Assembly: GCA_036504755.1 (NCBI GenBank)
Contig: DASXUP010000004.1
Coordinates: forward strand, 26,957-90,956
From: Coriobacteriia bacterium
GTDB lineage: Bacteria > Actinomycetota > Coriobacteriia > Anaerosomatales > JAJZPX01
Direction of reading: 5' to 3'
DNA length: 64,000 nt
Positions 55,279 through 63,794 of the stretch are shown here, piece by piece (position 1 is the stretch's first letter; each line of letters begins with the position of its first letter). The notes beneath the pieces were generated by a model. That model was given only the letters and a program-made list of their open reading frames with translations. It did not search any database and was not told the origin of the DNA. The position numbers and the translations under genes were made by a program.

Positions 55279-56100
55279 TCATCGGGCAGGTGACTCCGCC
55301 GCCACACCGGTCAACCGCTCGCACTCCGCCCAGAAGCGTGCCTGCAGCTCCTCGTCGTACGTGAGCGGGGAGCTGAGCGTGGGACGATGGTCCGTGAAGT
55401 AGGCGCCCGTCACACCTTCGACCTCCTCCGACATGGCCACGTATGCCTCGACCTGGGCCCCTTTCTCGGGCGGGGCGCCGCCGAACCCGAAGCCGGCGTG
55501 CAGCAGCTTCGTCGAGATCACGCCCGGATGCAGCGCGTTCGCGGTCACGTCCTCCCCCTCGAGCCGTGCCGCCTGGGCGTACGTGATGAGGATGTCGCCG
55601 AGCTTGGAGAGCGCGTACGCCCCGTACGCCCCGTAGTGCCGCTCGCCTTGCAGGTTGCCGAAGTCCACCGCCCGCACCGCCTGGTGCGCGACGGAGGCGA
55701 CGTTGACGATACGCGACGGCGCGGAGCGCAGCAGCAGCGGGAGCAACAGCTGCGTGAGGAGGTAGGGCGCCAGCACGTTGACCGCGAAAGTCGTCTCTAT
55801 CCCGTCGTCGGTCAGCCGTCTGTGGTGCATGTACACGCCGGCGTTGTTGAGCAGCACGTCCAGCTCGCCGAAGCGCCGGGCGAGGTCGGCTGCTAGAGAC
55901 CGCACCTGGGCCTGCGAGCTCAGGTCCGCGACAGCCTCCTCGACGACGCCGCCGCCGTTGCGGACCGCCTCGGCCGTCTCGCGCACGCGCGCGGGATCCC
56001 GGCCGTGCACGATGACGCGCATGCCTCCCCGCGCCAGCTCGAACGCCGTCGCGCGGCCGATACCCGAGGTGGCCCCGGTCACCAGTGCGAGGCCGGACAT
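55279..56100 (-). CDS. short-chain dehydrogenase/reductase (retinol-dehydrogenase-like)
   Basis: TGATSGIG, NNAG, YALSK motifs; 273 aa. Confidence 0.8.
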   Translation of the reverse strand: MSGLALVTGATSGIGRATAFELARGGMRVIVHGRDPARVRETAEAVRNGGGVVEEAVADLSSQAQVRSLAADLARRFGELDVLLNNAGVYMHHRRLTDDGIETTFAVNVLAPYLLTQLLLPLLLRSAPSRIVNVASVAHQAVRAVDFGNLQGERHYGAYGAYALSKLGDILITYAQAARLEGEDVTANALHPGVISTKLLHAGFGFGGAPPEKGAQVEAYVAMSEEVEGVTGAYFTDHRPTLSSPLTYDEELQARFWAECERLTGVAAESPAR

Positions 56101-56109
56101 GGCTCGCGG

Positions 56110-57102
56110 CTAGAGCCCGGGAGTGCTCGTCGGGTCTTCGCCGACCCGGGGCGCGGACTGCGACGAGTAACCGACGCTGATCGGCGTGTGCAGCTCGACC
56201 CACGCGACGTGATGCTGCTCGTCGAGGTGATGCTGCTCGACGAGGCGCATCGCCTCATCGTTCGGGATGTTGGCGCGCGACACGGACTCGTACTCGGCGG
56301 AGTTCGCCCGCTCGAGAAGGAGCATCCGCTCCAGCGCCTCGTCCTGGTCCTTCGCGCGCGAGATCAGCCCGACCGCCTCGGAGAGGTACTGCTGCAGCTC
56401 GCCGGTGGCCAGCTCCGCGGACTTTCCCATCTTCTCGAGCACGTTGTCGATCGCCTGCGCGTGACGTTTGTGGTCGTCGCGGAACGCCTGCAGCTGGCCG
56501 GCGACCTCGTCGCTGCCGGCCTTCGGTATCGCCGCGTCGTACGCGTTCGCCGACTGCTCGTCCATCGAGCGCAGGCCCGACAGCATCACGTGGAGCTCCT
56601 CGGGGCTCATGTCCCACGCGCCCTTGCCGCTGTGCGCGTCGTGTGTCACCGCACTCAGGCCGGTCATGGGCAGGACGTGCCTCGCGAGGAAGTCGACGTC
56701 GCGCACCTCGAAGTTGCACATCTGCTTGACGATGTCCGCCGCGCCGAGAGGCGGCCCGGCCGACAGCGTGCGCCGGCACTCGCCGAGGTTGGCCTGCTCG
56801 ATCAGCAGCAGGCCCTCGAGCGCCTCGTTCTCATCCCTCGCGTTCTGGACGATGCGCGTGTGCTCTGAGAAGAAGGCGCGGAAGGCCTCGGATGGCTCCT
56901 CCCGGCGCCAGCCCATGCGCTTGGCGACCGCGTCGAGCTGGTCCGCGAGGCTCGCGTGGTCCGCGCGGAAACGCTCCAGGCCGGCTTTGACCTCGGCGTT
57001 GCGGACCTTCTTCAGCGTCTCGTCGTAGATCCGCACCGTCTGGCGGTCCATGTAGTCGAGCACCCCGAGCTTCTTCGTGCCTTCACCCAGCCGGCGTTCC
57101 AT
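56110..57102 (-). CDS. tandem ferritin-like (2 x DUF2383-like) protein
   Basis: Two internal copies of the pattern ...YD......L..FR.DH......(L/I)......G.......EA(L/E)..(L/M)LL(I/L)E(Q/R)AN... Ends with ...HHVAWVELH, like the 144-aa paralog. Confidence 0.6.
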   Translation of the reverse strand: MERRLGEGTKKLGVLDYMDRQTVRIYDETLKKVRNAEVKAGLERFRADHASLADQLDAVAKRMGWRREEPSEAFRAFFSEHTRIVQNARDENEALEGLLLIEQANLGECRRTLSAGPPLGAADIVKQMCNFEVRDVDFLARHVLPMTGLSAVTHDAHSGKGAWDMSPEELHVMLSGLRSMDEQSANAYDAAIPKAGSDEVAGQLQAFRDDHKRHAQAIDNVLEKMGKSAELATGELQQYLSEAVGLISRAKDQDEALERMLLLERANSAEYESVSRANIPNDEAMRLVEQHHLDEQHHVAWVELHTPISVGYSSQSAPRVGEDPTSTPGL

Positions 57103-57245
57103 CTCACAACACCCCCGCCTTGAAGAGAATGCCTACGTCCGAAGTAGGTTCCCCGCCGCAGGCCGGCCCGAAACGCCGAGCTATCTGGGCGCGGTCACCA
57201 GGCGTACAATGAGAGCGGACCGCAGTCGCGCCTAGGGGGGTTGCG

Positions 57246-57542
57246 ATGTTCTCTTCCGTGAGTGCGTCGCAAGCGAGCGAGGTCGTCAATCTCCTGCTGA
57301 TGCTGCTTCTCGTACCGGTCACCGTCGCCGCGGCTCGGGGCGTGGATTACCCGGGGCGACGGTGGCTGGCCGTCGGTTTCTTCACCATCGCCGGCGTGTA
57401 CGTCTTCTCGATAGCCGAACGGTACCTCTTCGGGAATCCCGTCTTCCCGTTCAAGCAGCTCCTGATCGCCGTCGCCGGGACGGCGTTCGCGATCGGGACC
57501 TGGCAGCTCGCCCTCGCTTTGCGGGGGAGGGCGGCGCTATGA
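57246..57542 (+). CDS. small 3-TM membrane protein
   Basis: 98 aa, hydrophobic. The stop overlaps the next start as ATGA. Confidence 0.45.
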   Translation: MFSSVSASQASEVVNLLLMLLLVPVTVAAARGVDYPGRRWLAVGFFTIAGVYVFSIAERYLFGNPVFPFKQLLIAVAGTAFAIGTWQLALALRGRAAL

Positions 57543-58243
57543 GCGCCAACGTGCTCAACGTCATCGCGAACCTCATCTCCGCACTCGCCTTCACAGCGGC
57601 GTTCGTAGGTGTGCTCGCGATCCCGGATCGGCCCGGCGGCTTCGTGCGCGCCGGGATGAAGCTGCTGTTCGCGGGCGCGATGAGTGTCTACATGTTCGTC
57701 GGCTTCTCGCACGTGCTCCAGTTCCTGAACGTGACGACGGCGCTCGACATCTTCGAGAACTACCTGAAGGTGCTGTTCATCCCCCTGCTCGCATGCGCGG
57801 CGTACGCGCTCAGCATGAACGAGCAGCTACGCATCATGCAGCGGCAGGCCGGTGTGCTCTCGGCCGAGCACGACATGCTGATGCGCATCGTCGACACGAC
57901 TCCCACCGGTGTCGTGGTGCTCGACGTCAGCGGGCGGATCGAGTTCGCGAACGACCGGGCGCGGGAGATGCTCGAGCTCGAGGACGACCCGGACACCTCG
58001 CGCATCCTCACGCCGAGGTGGACCTGCGGCGACTCTCCAGGGAGCGCTCCGGGGGACCTGAGCGCGTGTCTCACAACGTCCCAGGTCCGAGACGAGGCGC
58101 GTACATTGCGCTGGCCGGACGGCACGACGCGGTCTCTCTCGCTGAACGCCACGCCGATCTTCGCTTCGGACGGGAGCCGCGTGGGCGCGGTCGTCGCGTT
58201 CACCTCGGCGGATCCCGGTTCCGCCGCGGCGACGGCGATCTAG
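57539..58243 (+). CDS. membrane protein with a C-terminal PAS-like domain and no output domain
   Basis: Four TM helices, then HDMLMRIVDTTPTGVVVLDVSGRIEFANDRAREMLEL...PDGTTRSLSLNATPIFASDGSRVGAVVAF (PAS fold pattern). Confidence 0.6.
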   Translation: MSANVLNVIANLISALAFTAAFVGVLAIPDRPGGFVRAGMKLLFAGAMSVYMFVGFSHVLQFLNVTTALDIFENYLKVLFIPLLACAAYALSMNEQLRIMQRQAGVLSAEHDMLMRIVDTTPTGVVVLDVSGRIEFANDRAREMLELEDDPDTSRILTPRWTCGDSPGSAPGDLSACLTTSQVRDEARTLRWPDGTTRSLSLNATPIFASDGSRVGAVVAFTSADPGSAAATAI

Positions 58244-58320
58244 GCGCGCTTCGCCGCCGTTTCTTCATCGCACGAGCAGGATTCGGCGCGCGTGCGGTAG
58301 AAGCATCATGGAGCGGTCGC

Positions 58321-58563
58321 ATGATGTGGGACTTGGGGGTGAGCGCTGTGCTGGATTTCTCCGCCAAGCAGATGCTCGACCTGGTCGAGGATCTGTTCGA
58401 GGCATCGGAGACCGTCAACAAGTACGACGTCGTCCAGAAGGCGAAGTTCTATCCGCTCGGCGCGGACGGCGAGAGGGCGGTGAACGGCCTGCCGGCGAAG
58501 CGCTACACGAAAGAGCAGCTGACGGAGGCGCTCGCGCATGCCGTCATCGAGGGCGCGCAGTAG
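58321..58563 (+). CDS. 80-aa hypothetical protein (weak DUF2795-like pattern)
   Basis: ATG 58321. ...KYDVVQKAKFYPLGADGERAVNGLPAKRYTKEQLTEAL... The remainder of the track ORF upstream is shadow. Confidence 0.4.
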   Translation: MMWDLGVSAVLDFSAKQMLDLVEDLFEASETVNKYDVVQKAKFYPLGADGERAVNGLPAKRYTKEQLTEALAHAVIEGAQ

Positions 58564-58836
58564 CTACCGGAGAGTCGCTTTCGCTCGTGCCGCCCTGGCG
58601 ACGATGAAGCCGTCGGCGATCGCCCCTGCGATCAGCCCGCAGATCACGCCTATGGACGGATTGCCGAGGGCCGTCCCCGCGATCAGTCCGAGCGATCCGC
58701 TCACTATGAATGCGTCTCCGAAGTCTTCCGAGGCACTGGGCCTCAGCCATCCGTCGTTCATCGCGATCACCTGCTGCAGCTCGGCGCGGTATGGTCCCTT
58801 GCAGTCGTTCGACACACGGTCCGTCCACCCTGCCAT
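58564..58836 (-). CDS. small glycine-zipper membrane protein (hypothetical)
   Basis: GSLGLIAGTALGNPSIGVICGLIAGAIADG glycine-zipper helix pair. Alternative start at MNDGW (58761). Confidence 0.35.
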   Translation of the reverse strand: MAGWTDRVSNDCKGPYRAELQQVIAMNDGWLRPSASEDFGDAFIVSGSLGLIAGTALGNPSIGVICGLIAGAIADGFIVARAARAKATLR

Positions 58837-59030
58837 GCGTGAGCAGTGTCACGCCGAAAGGTTGCCTACCCGTATATGGGGACGCACGTCATCGCCACCG
58901 CGGTCTCGTACTATGGCGTCCCGGAGGGTCTCGACGCGAGGGCGCCCGCGCGTCCGCGGACGCGCTCGGCGTCGGCCGTCGCGCGGGTGTCCCGCTTCTT
59001 CGCCGAGGTGGCGCTGGCGTTGTCGCCCCC

Positions 59031-59975
59031 TTAAGCCTCGTCGAGCGCCAGCTGCTCCTCCTCGGCTGGCCTCGGCTTCGGTTTCGACTCGCCGAGGAAC
59101 ACGCCGCCGACGATCACGAGCCCGCCGGCGACCTGCAGCAGCGTGAGCTGCTCGCCGAGCAGCAGCCAGCTCGACGCCACCGCGGCGAACGGCACGAGGT
59201 TGATCGAGATCGCCGCGCGCGCCGCCGGCATCTTCGACGCGGCGAGGTTGTAGAGGCCGATCGCGCCGAGCGTGACGAACGCGCCGAGGTACACCACGGC
59301 GAGCCACGCCTGCGGCGACGCGTGGAGCCACGTCGACGGGCCCGCCAGCAGCGCGCCGGGCAGGAAGAAGATCAGCCCCGACAGGCTCATCACGCCGGTG
59401 ACGAGCCACGGATCGTATCGCGAGGTCAGGTGCCGGAGCACGATGAAGTAGCCCGCGGCGCAGACCATCGCGCCCAGCTCGAGCGCGTTGCCGAGCACGG
59501 GGTTCGGCGCCGCCTCGGCCGAATGACCGCCGAGAGACAGCACCGCCACGCCGGCGAGCGACAGCAGGAGACCGGAGATGGTGCGCAGCGACAGCTCCTC
59601 GGAGAGGAAGATGCGGGCGCCCACCGCGACCAGAAGCGGCGCCATCGCCGAGATGACGCCGGCTTGCGAGGCTCCCGTGAAGCGCAGCGCGTTCGCCTCG
59701 AACAGGAAGTACAGGCACGGCTCGAACAGGCCGACCAGGACGAGCCACTTCCAGTCGCCCTTCCGGTACCGCGTCTTCGGGATGCGGCCCACGAACGGTG
59801 CCAGCAGCGCCGTGGCGACGACCATCCGAAGGAAGACCAGCGCCATCGGCGGGAAGTCGGCGAGCGCGATCTTGGTGGCGGGGAAGCTCGTGCCCCACAG
59901 GACGACCGCGGCGCCCAGGCACAGGACGAGAACGGTGGGGGACAGCGTGCGTGTCTGGTGGGCGTGGTCGGTCAA
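59031..59975 (-). CDS. EamA/DMT-family transporter
   Basis: 10 TM helices in two EamA-like halves (WGTSFPATKIAL..., ...LGEQLTLLQVAGGLVIVGGVFL). Confidence 0.75.
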   Translation of the reverse strand: MTDHAHQTRTLSPTVLVLCLGAAVVLWGTSFPATKIALADFPPMALVFLRMVVATALLAPFVGRIPKTRYRKGDWKWLVLVGLFEPCLYFLFEANALRFTGASQAGVISAMAPLLVAVGARIFLSEELSLRTISGLLLSLAGVAVLSLGGHSAEAAPNPVLGNALELGAMVCAAGYFIVLRHLTSRYDPWLVTGVMSLSGLIFFLPGALLAGPSTWLHASPQAWLAVVYLGAFVTLGAIGLYNLAASKMPAARAAISINLVPFAAVASSWLLLGEQLTLLQVAGGLVIVGGVFLGESKPKPRPAEEEQLALDEA

Positions 59976-60047
59976 GACGTCTCCTCTTCGGCGGTGCGCC
60001 CAGTCTAGCCCACGCCTCCGACACGCGTATGGAACGCTATTGCGGCG

Positions 60048-60890
60048 TCACGCGCTCTCGCGCGCCGAGGCCTGGTACTGGCGCGGCGTGGCGCCGGTGA
60101 ACTCGCGGAAGACGCGCGTGAAGTGGCTCTGGTCCGCGAATCCGACCTCGGCGGCGACACGCGCGATCGGCTCGCCGCCGGCGAGCAGCTGCTTCGCGAT
60201 CTCCACCCGCAACTGCGCTTGGAACGCATGGGGCGGGAGGCCGGCGGCGTGCTGGAACACGCGGAGGAAGTGGTAGCGGCTCATGCCCGCTTCGGCGGCG
60301 AGCTCGTCCAGCGAGACCTTCTCGGCGACGCGCTCGGCGAGGAGGTCGCGGACCTTGGCGACCGCTTGGCCGGCGGCGGGGGCCCCCTGGGGCGCGGACG
60401 GCTCGGCAGAGTAGCGCTCGATCGTCGCCGCGATGTTCGACACCAGCGCCGATTCCTTCTCGAGGCCCTCGGCGCCCTCCATGATCGCTACGTGCAGGCG
60501 GTGCCACGCCTCGAAGAGCTCGGGGTCGTCGACGACCGGCGGGGCGAGGGCGATGCGCGTGGGGGCGTCGCCGAAGACCTCGGCCGCCACCTCGGCGAAC
60601 CAGCGCGCGTCTATGTAGAAGAGGCGGTAGGCGAAGGTCGAGTCTTGGTCCGGATTGCAGGCGTGCACGGCTCCGGGGTCGACGAACACGAGCTGTCCCG
60701 CGACGCCGCGGTGCGGCTCGCCGTGCAGCTCGAACGTCGTGGCGCCGGACTCGACGAGCGCGATCGAGTACTCGTTGTGCGTGTGCAGTCGGAACGCGCG
60801 CTCGGCATAGCGCGAGACCCGTGCCTCCACGCCGGGGAGGTCCGGGTCCCGCTTGAACTCGACGTCGGGGTGAGTGGGTGTGCGGGCCAT
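60048..60890 (-). CDS. AraC-family transcriptional regulator with an N-terminal cupin sensor domain
   Basis: HTHNEYSIALVESG (cupin) and a C-terminal double HTH (AGMSRYHFLRVFQ..., VGFADQSHFTRVFREFTGATPRQY). Start at ATG 60888-60890. Confidence 0.85.
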   Translation of the reverse strand: MARTPTHPDVEFKRDPDLPGVEARVSRYAERAFRLHTHNEYSIALVESGATTFELHGEPHRGVAGQLVFVDPGAVHACNPDQDSTFAYRLFYIDARWFAEVAAEVFGDAPTRIALAPPVVDDPELFEAWHRLHVAIMEGAEGLEKESALVSNIAATIERYSAEPSAPQGAPAAGQAVAKVRDLLAERVAEKVSLDELAAEAGMSRYHFLRVFQHAAGLPPHAFQAQLRVEIAKQLLAGGEPIARVAAEVGFADQSHFTRVFREFTGATPRQYQASARESA

Positions 60891-61029
60891 GGGGGCAGAG
60901 TAGCGCAAGCCTGGCCGGGTTGCTGCTATTGGCAGCCGCGTAGCAGCGAGGGAGGCGAGGTAGCGCGCCCCATCGCGCGAGGTGCATACTGGCGGGGGTA
61001 TCGCCGACACGCAACGGAAGGCAGCGAGC

Positions 61030-61854
61030 ATGCGCGGTGTCATCTGCTACTACTCCGCAACGGGCAACACGCGTCTCGCGTGCGAGGCCATCGTCGACCG
61101 GCTGGGTGTGCCGTTCGACCTGGTCGACGTGATCCGGCGACCGGAGACCGATCTCGCCGCGTACGACGTGGTCGGGTTCGCGTCCTCGACGGACTTCTGG
61201 TCGGTCCCGCACCTGTTCGGCGAGTTCATGCGGTCGCTCCCACAGCATCCCGGCAAGCCGGCGTTCGTGTTCAACACGTTCGGCGGCTTCAGCGGGAAGA
61301 CGCTGCTCGCGCTCCGCGACGCCGCGGCGGCGAAGGGATTCGACGTGCTCGCCGGCCACTCGCTGCACATGCCCGAGAGCTACCCGCCGATGGTGGCGAT
61401 GGGACTCGCCCCGGCAGGCGCGCCGAGTCGCCGCCGACTCGCACGCTTCGACGCGTTCGTGTCCGCACTGGCGCAAGCGGTCGCCGCCGTGCGCGACGGG
61501 AGAGCGCCGGAGCGGATCCCCGTGCGTATCGGCTTCGCGGACCGGCTCTTTCCCGCACTGCCTCGGACGACGGCCCGTCGGACGATGGGCGAGAAGTACG
61601 TCGATGAGTCGGCGTGCACCGCGTGCGGCGGCTGCGAGCGGCGGTGCCCGTACGGCGCGATCCGCCTCGACCCGAAGCCCGTCTTCGACGCCGCGAAGTG
61701 CTACGGCTGCTGGCGCTGCTTCAACACGTGTCCCGAGCGCGCGATCCATACGCGCAGCTACGCGGGCAAGGCGTTCTATCCCGGCCCCGCGCCGGCGCTG
61801 CGCGACACGCTGGCCGAGGCTATCGACCCCGCCACCTCGGCCAGCCGGTCGTAG
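61030..61854 (+). CDS. flavodoxin-like domain fused to a 2x[4Fe-4S] ferredoxin domain
   Basis: VICYYSATGNT (flavodoxin-like), then CTACGGCERRCP and CYGCWRCFNTCP clusters. Divergent from the AraC gene. Confidence 0.7.
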   Translation: MRGVICYYSATGNTRLACEAIVDRLGVPFDLVDVIRRPETDLAAYDVVGFASSTDFWSVPHLFGEFMRSLPQHPGKPAFVFNTFGGFSGKTLLALRDAAAAKGFDVLAGHSLHMPESYPPMVAMGLAPAGAPSRRRLARFDAFVSALAQAVAAVRDGRAPERIPVRIGFADRLFPALPRTTARRTMGEKYVDESACTACGGCERRCPYGAIRLDPKPVFDAAKCYGCWRCFNTCPERAIHTRSYAGKAFYPGPAPALRDTLAEAIDPATSASRS

Positions 61855-62297
61855 GTCTCAGCCGCACCCTCGTTCGCGCCGTGGTCGAGGTCGCCTTGGC
61901 GCGATGCGAAGTCGGGGTAGACGGCTGTCACGGTGAGGGTGGTCTCCCCGTCGCGCTCTTCGAGCTCCGCGGTCTGCTCGACGACGGCGTCGGGCGCGCC
62001 CTCGAAGATCCACGTCTGCTCGATCCGCCGGTCCGGGACGATCTTGCGGAACTCCCCGTGGAAGCCCCACACGGTGCCGTCGGCCTTGTCGATGTTGAGG
62101 AAGCGCCAGCGGCCGCCCTCGCGGAAGTCCAGCTCGGGCACCTCGACGCGGTATCGCGCGGGCCCGTACCACCGCTCGACTTGCTCGGGCTTCGACATCG
62201 CCTCGAACAGCGCGTGCGCCGGCGCGTGGAACGTGCGCCGCAACACGATCGCAGGACGGTCCTCGGGCACCTCGAAGTGCGTCTCCCCGATGTTCAT
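61776..62297 (-). CDS. SRPBCC/AHSA1-family protein
   Basis: ...R.F.AP...LFEAMSKPE.VERWYGP...GG.WRF...DG....F.G.F..I.P..R pattern. The 3' end overlaps the convergent gene by 79 nt. Confidence 0.75.
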   Translation of the reverse strand: MNIGETHFEVPEDRPAIVLRRTFHAPAHALFEAMSKPEQVERWYGPARYRVEVPELDFREGGRWRFLNIDKADGTVWGFHGEFRKIVPDRRIEQTWIFEGAPDAVVEQTAELEERDGETTLTVTAVYPDFASRQGDLDHGANEGAAETYDRLAEVAGSIASASVSRSAGAGPG

Positions 62298-62776
62298 GCG
62301 AGGTTCCTCTCTCCTTCGGCGAGGTAGCGCGCGAGGTTGTCGAAGAAGCGCGAGTAGCCTTCGCCGAGCAGCTCGTACTGCTCGGGCGGCAGATGGCCTT
62401 CCTGGCGCAGCGTGAGCTTCGTCGCACCGTCATCCGCATCGCTGAACGTCACCGTCACGATCTCCACGTTCGGGTCGCTTAGGTCCTCCGGGTTCTCGAA
62501 CGTCATCACCAGCCGCCCGGGCTCGGCGACCTCCCGATAGTGGCCGACGAAGGGCAGCCTCGCCCCGTCGGCCTCGTTCACCTGCGTCGCCCGCCACTCG
62601 CCGCCGGGCCGCACGTCCATCGCCACTGTCTCGACCGGGGTCTCGAACGGAGGCGTGAAGAACCACCGCGCGAAGCACTCCGGTATCGTCCATGCCCGCC
62701 ACACCGCGTCGGGTGGGGCCTCGACGGTCCTGGTTACTGTCACCGAATGCACCGTCGTTCCCGTCTGCGCGCTCAT
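62294..62776 (-). CDS. SRPBCC/AHSA1-family protein (paralog)
   Basis: VTRTVEAPPDAVWRAWT.PE.FARWF...GGEWRA....DG....F.G.YREV.P. ATG 62774-62776 overlaps the upstream stop (ATGA). Confidence 0.75.
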   Translation of the reverse strand: MSAQTGTTVHSVTVTRTVEAPPDAVWRAWTIPECFARWFFTPPFETPVETVAMDVRPGGEWRATQVNEADGARLPFVGHYREVAEPGRLVMTFENPEDLSDPNVEIVTVTFSDADDGATKLTLRQEGHLPPEQYELLGEGYSRFFDNLARYLAEGERNLA

Positions 62777-63600
62777 CGCCGCGTCCCTTCTCGTCCGGCC
62801 GCGGCGGTGTTCGGCAGCGCCTCGGCCGGCAGCACTTCCTCGAGCCATGCCGCCACGTACTCCGCGACGTCCTGCCAGCCCGGCCCCGCCATCAGCAGGT
62901 GGGACCTCTCCGGGAACTCGTGGAAGTCCGTTCGCGTCTCCGGGCGCTTCGCGTACTTCTCGTGTGCCGAACGCACCACGGCCGTCGGCAACGTGTGGTC
63001 CTTCTCGCCCGCGGTCATCAGCAGGGGCGCCCGGCCGGTCCTGCCGTAGTCGACCGCGACCGGCGAGTGCATCGCGAAGTTCGCGTAGGCGTCCTGCCAG
63101 AAGATGCGCCCGGTCTCGGGCACGTAGTAGCGCTCGTACGCCTTCTTCGCCTCATCGCGCGGCCACGTGTTCGTGAAGCCGTAGTCGAACTCCTCGGGCG
63201 TCAGCTCCACGGTGCCGTCGCGCTTCGACAGATGCGCCAGCGCCGGGCTCGCCACCTTCAGCTCGGACCAGGCCAGGCGCAGCACGCCCTTCGGCGGCGC
63301 GGGGTCGAGCGCCACACCCGCGAGGCCGAACCCGCGGTCGAGCAGGATCTCGGTGAACAGCCCGCCGAACGAGTGCCCGATGATCACGGGCGACTCGGGC
63401 ATCGCGTGGATGAGCTCGTGGTACTGGTCGACGATCTCCGCGACGCCCAGCCCACCGAGGTCCTCGGCCGAGCCCGCCTCCTTCCGAGGCCACTCCGGCG
63501 CCATCACCTCGTAGCCGCGCTGCTCGAAGAACGGGATGAACTCCTCCCACGACGCTGCGTTCACGAACGCGCCGTGGATGAACACGATCTTGGTCGCCAT
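62773..63600 (-). CDS. alpha/beta-fold hydrolase
   Basis: IVFIHGAF... and the nucleophile elbow IIGHSFGG; 275 aa. Confidence 0.8.
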   Translation of the reverse strand: MATKIVFIHGAFVNAASWEEFIPFFEQRGYEVMAPEWPRKEAGSAEDLGGLGVAEIVDQYHELIHAMPESPVIIGHSFGGLFTEILLDRGFGLAGVALDPAPPKGVLRLAWSELKVASPALAHLSKRDGTVELTPEEFDYGFTNTWPRDEAKKAYERYYVPETGRIFWQDAYANFAMHSPVAVDYGRTGRAPLLMTAGEKDHTLPTAVVRSAHEKYAKRPETRTDFHEFPERSHLLMAGPGWQDVAEYVAAWLEEVLPAEALPNTAAAGREGTRR

Positions 63601-63718
63601 GGCGGGGCTCCCTCGTCGAAGGGTGATGAGGGGGTTGATACCCAGGGGGGACGCGATGGCCAGTCCAAAGGGGAGAAGCGCGCCTCTCCCCGGCCGTCGC
63701 CTTGGTCAGACGATGCGT

Positions 63719-63746
63719 TTGACTTCCAAAGGGGAACCTTTATCAT
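63719..63746 (+). promoter_or_regulatory. sigma-70-like promoter (TTGACT-16 nt-TATCAT)
   Basis: TTGACT at 63719-63724 and TATCAT at 63741-63746 with a 16-nt spacer, in an AT-richer patch upstream of the terminal ORF. Confidence 0.4.
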
Positions 63747-63756
63747 GTGATAAAGG
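63737..63756. promoter_or_regulatory. perfect 9-bp inverted repeat overlapping the -10 box (putative operator)
   Basis: CCTTTATCA-TG-TGATAAAGG at 63737-63756. Confidence 0.4.
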
Positions 63757-63794
63757 GAGGAGCGTCGGAAGGGGGCGATGAAAGGGGCAGGACC

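Noticed and set aside
61776-61854. 79-nt overlap of the 3' ends of the convergent flavodoxin-ferredoxin gene and the SRPBCC gene, as a possible antisense regulatory arrangement or mis-call.
   Set aside because: Both stops are fixed by sequence and both C-terminal tails are low-complexity. The overlap is most simply two non-essential tails overlapping, with no structure or motif to support regulation.
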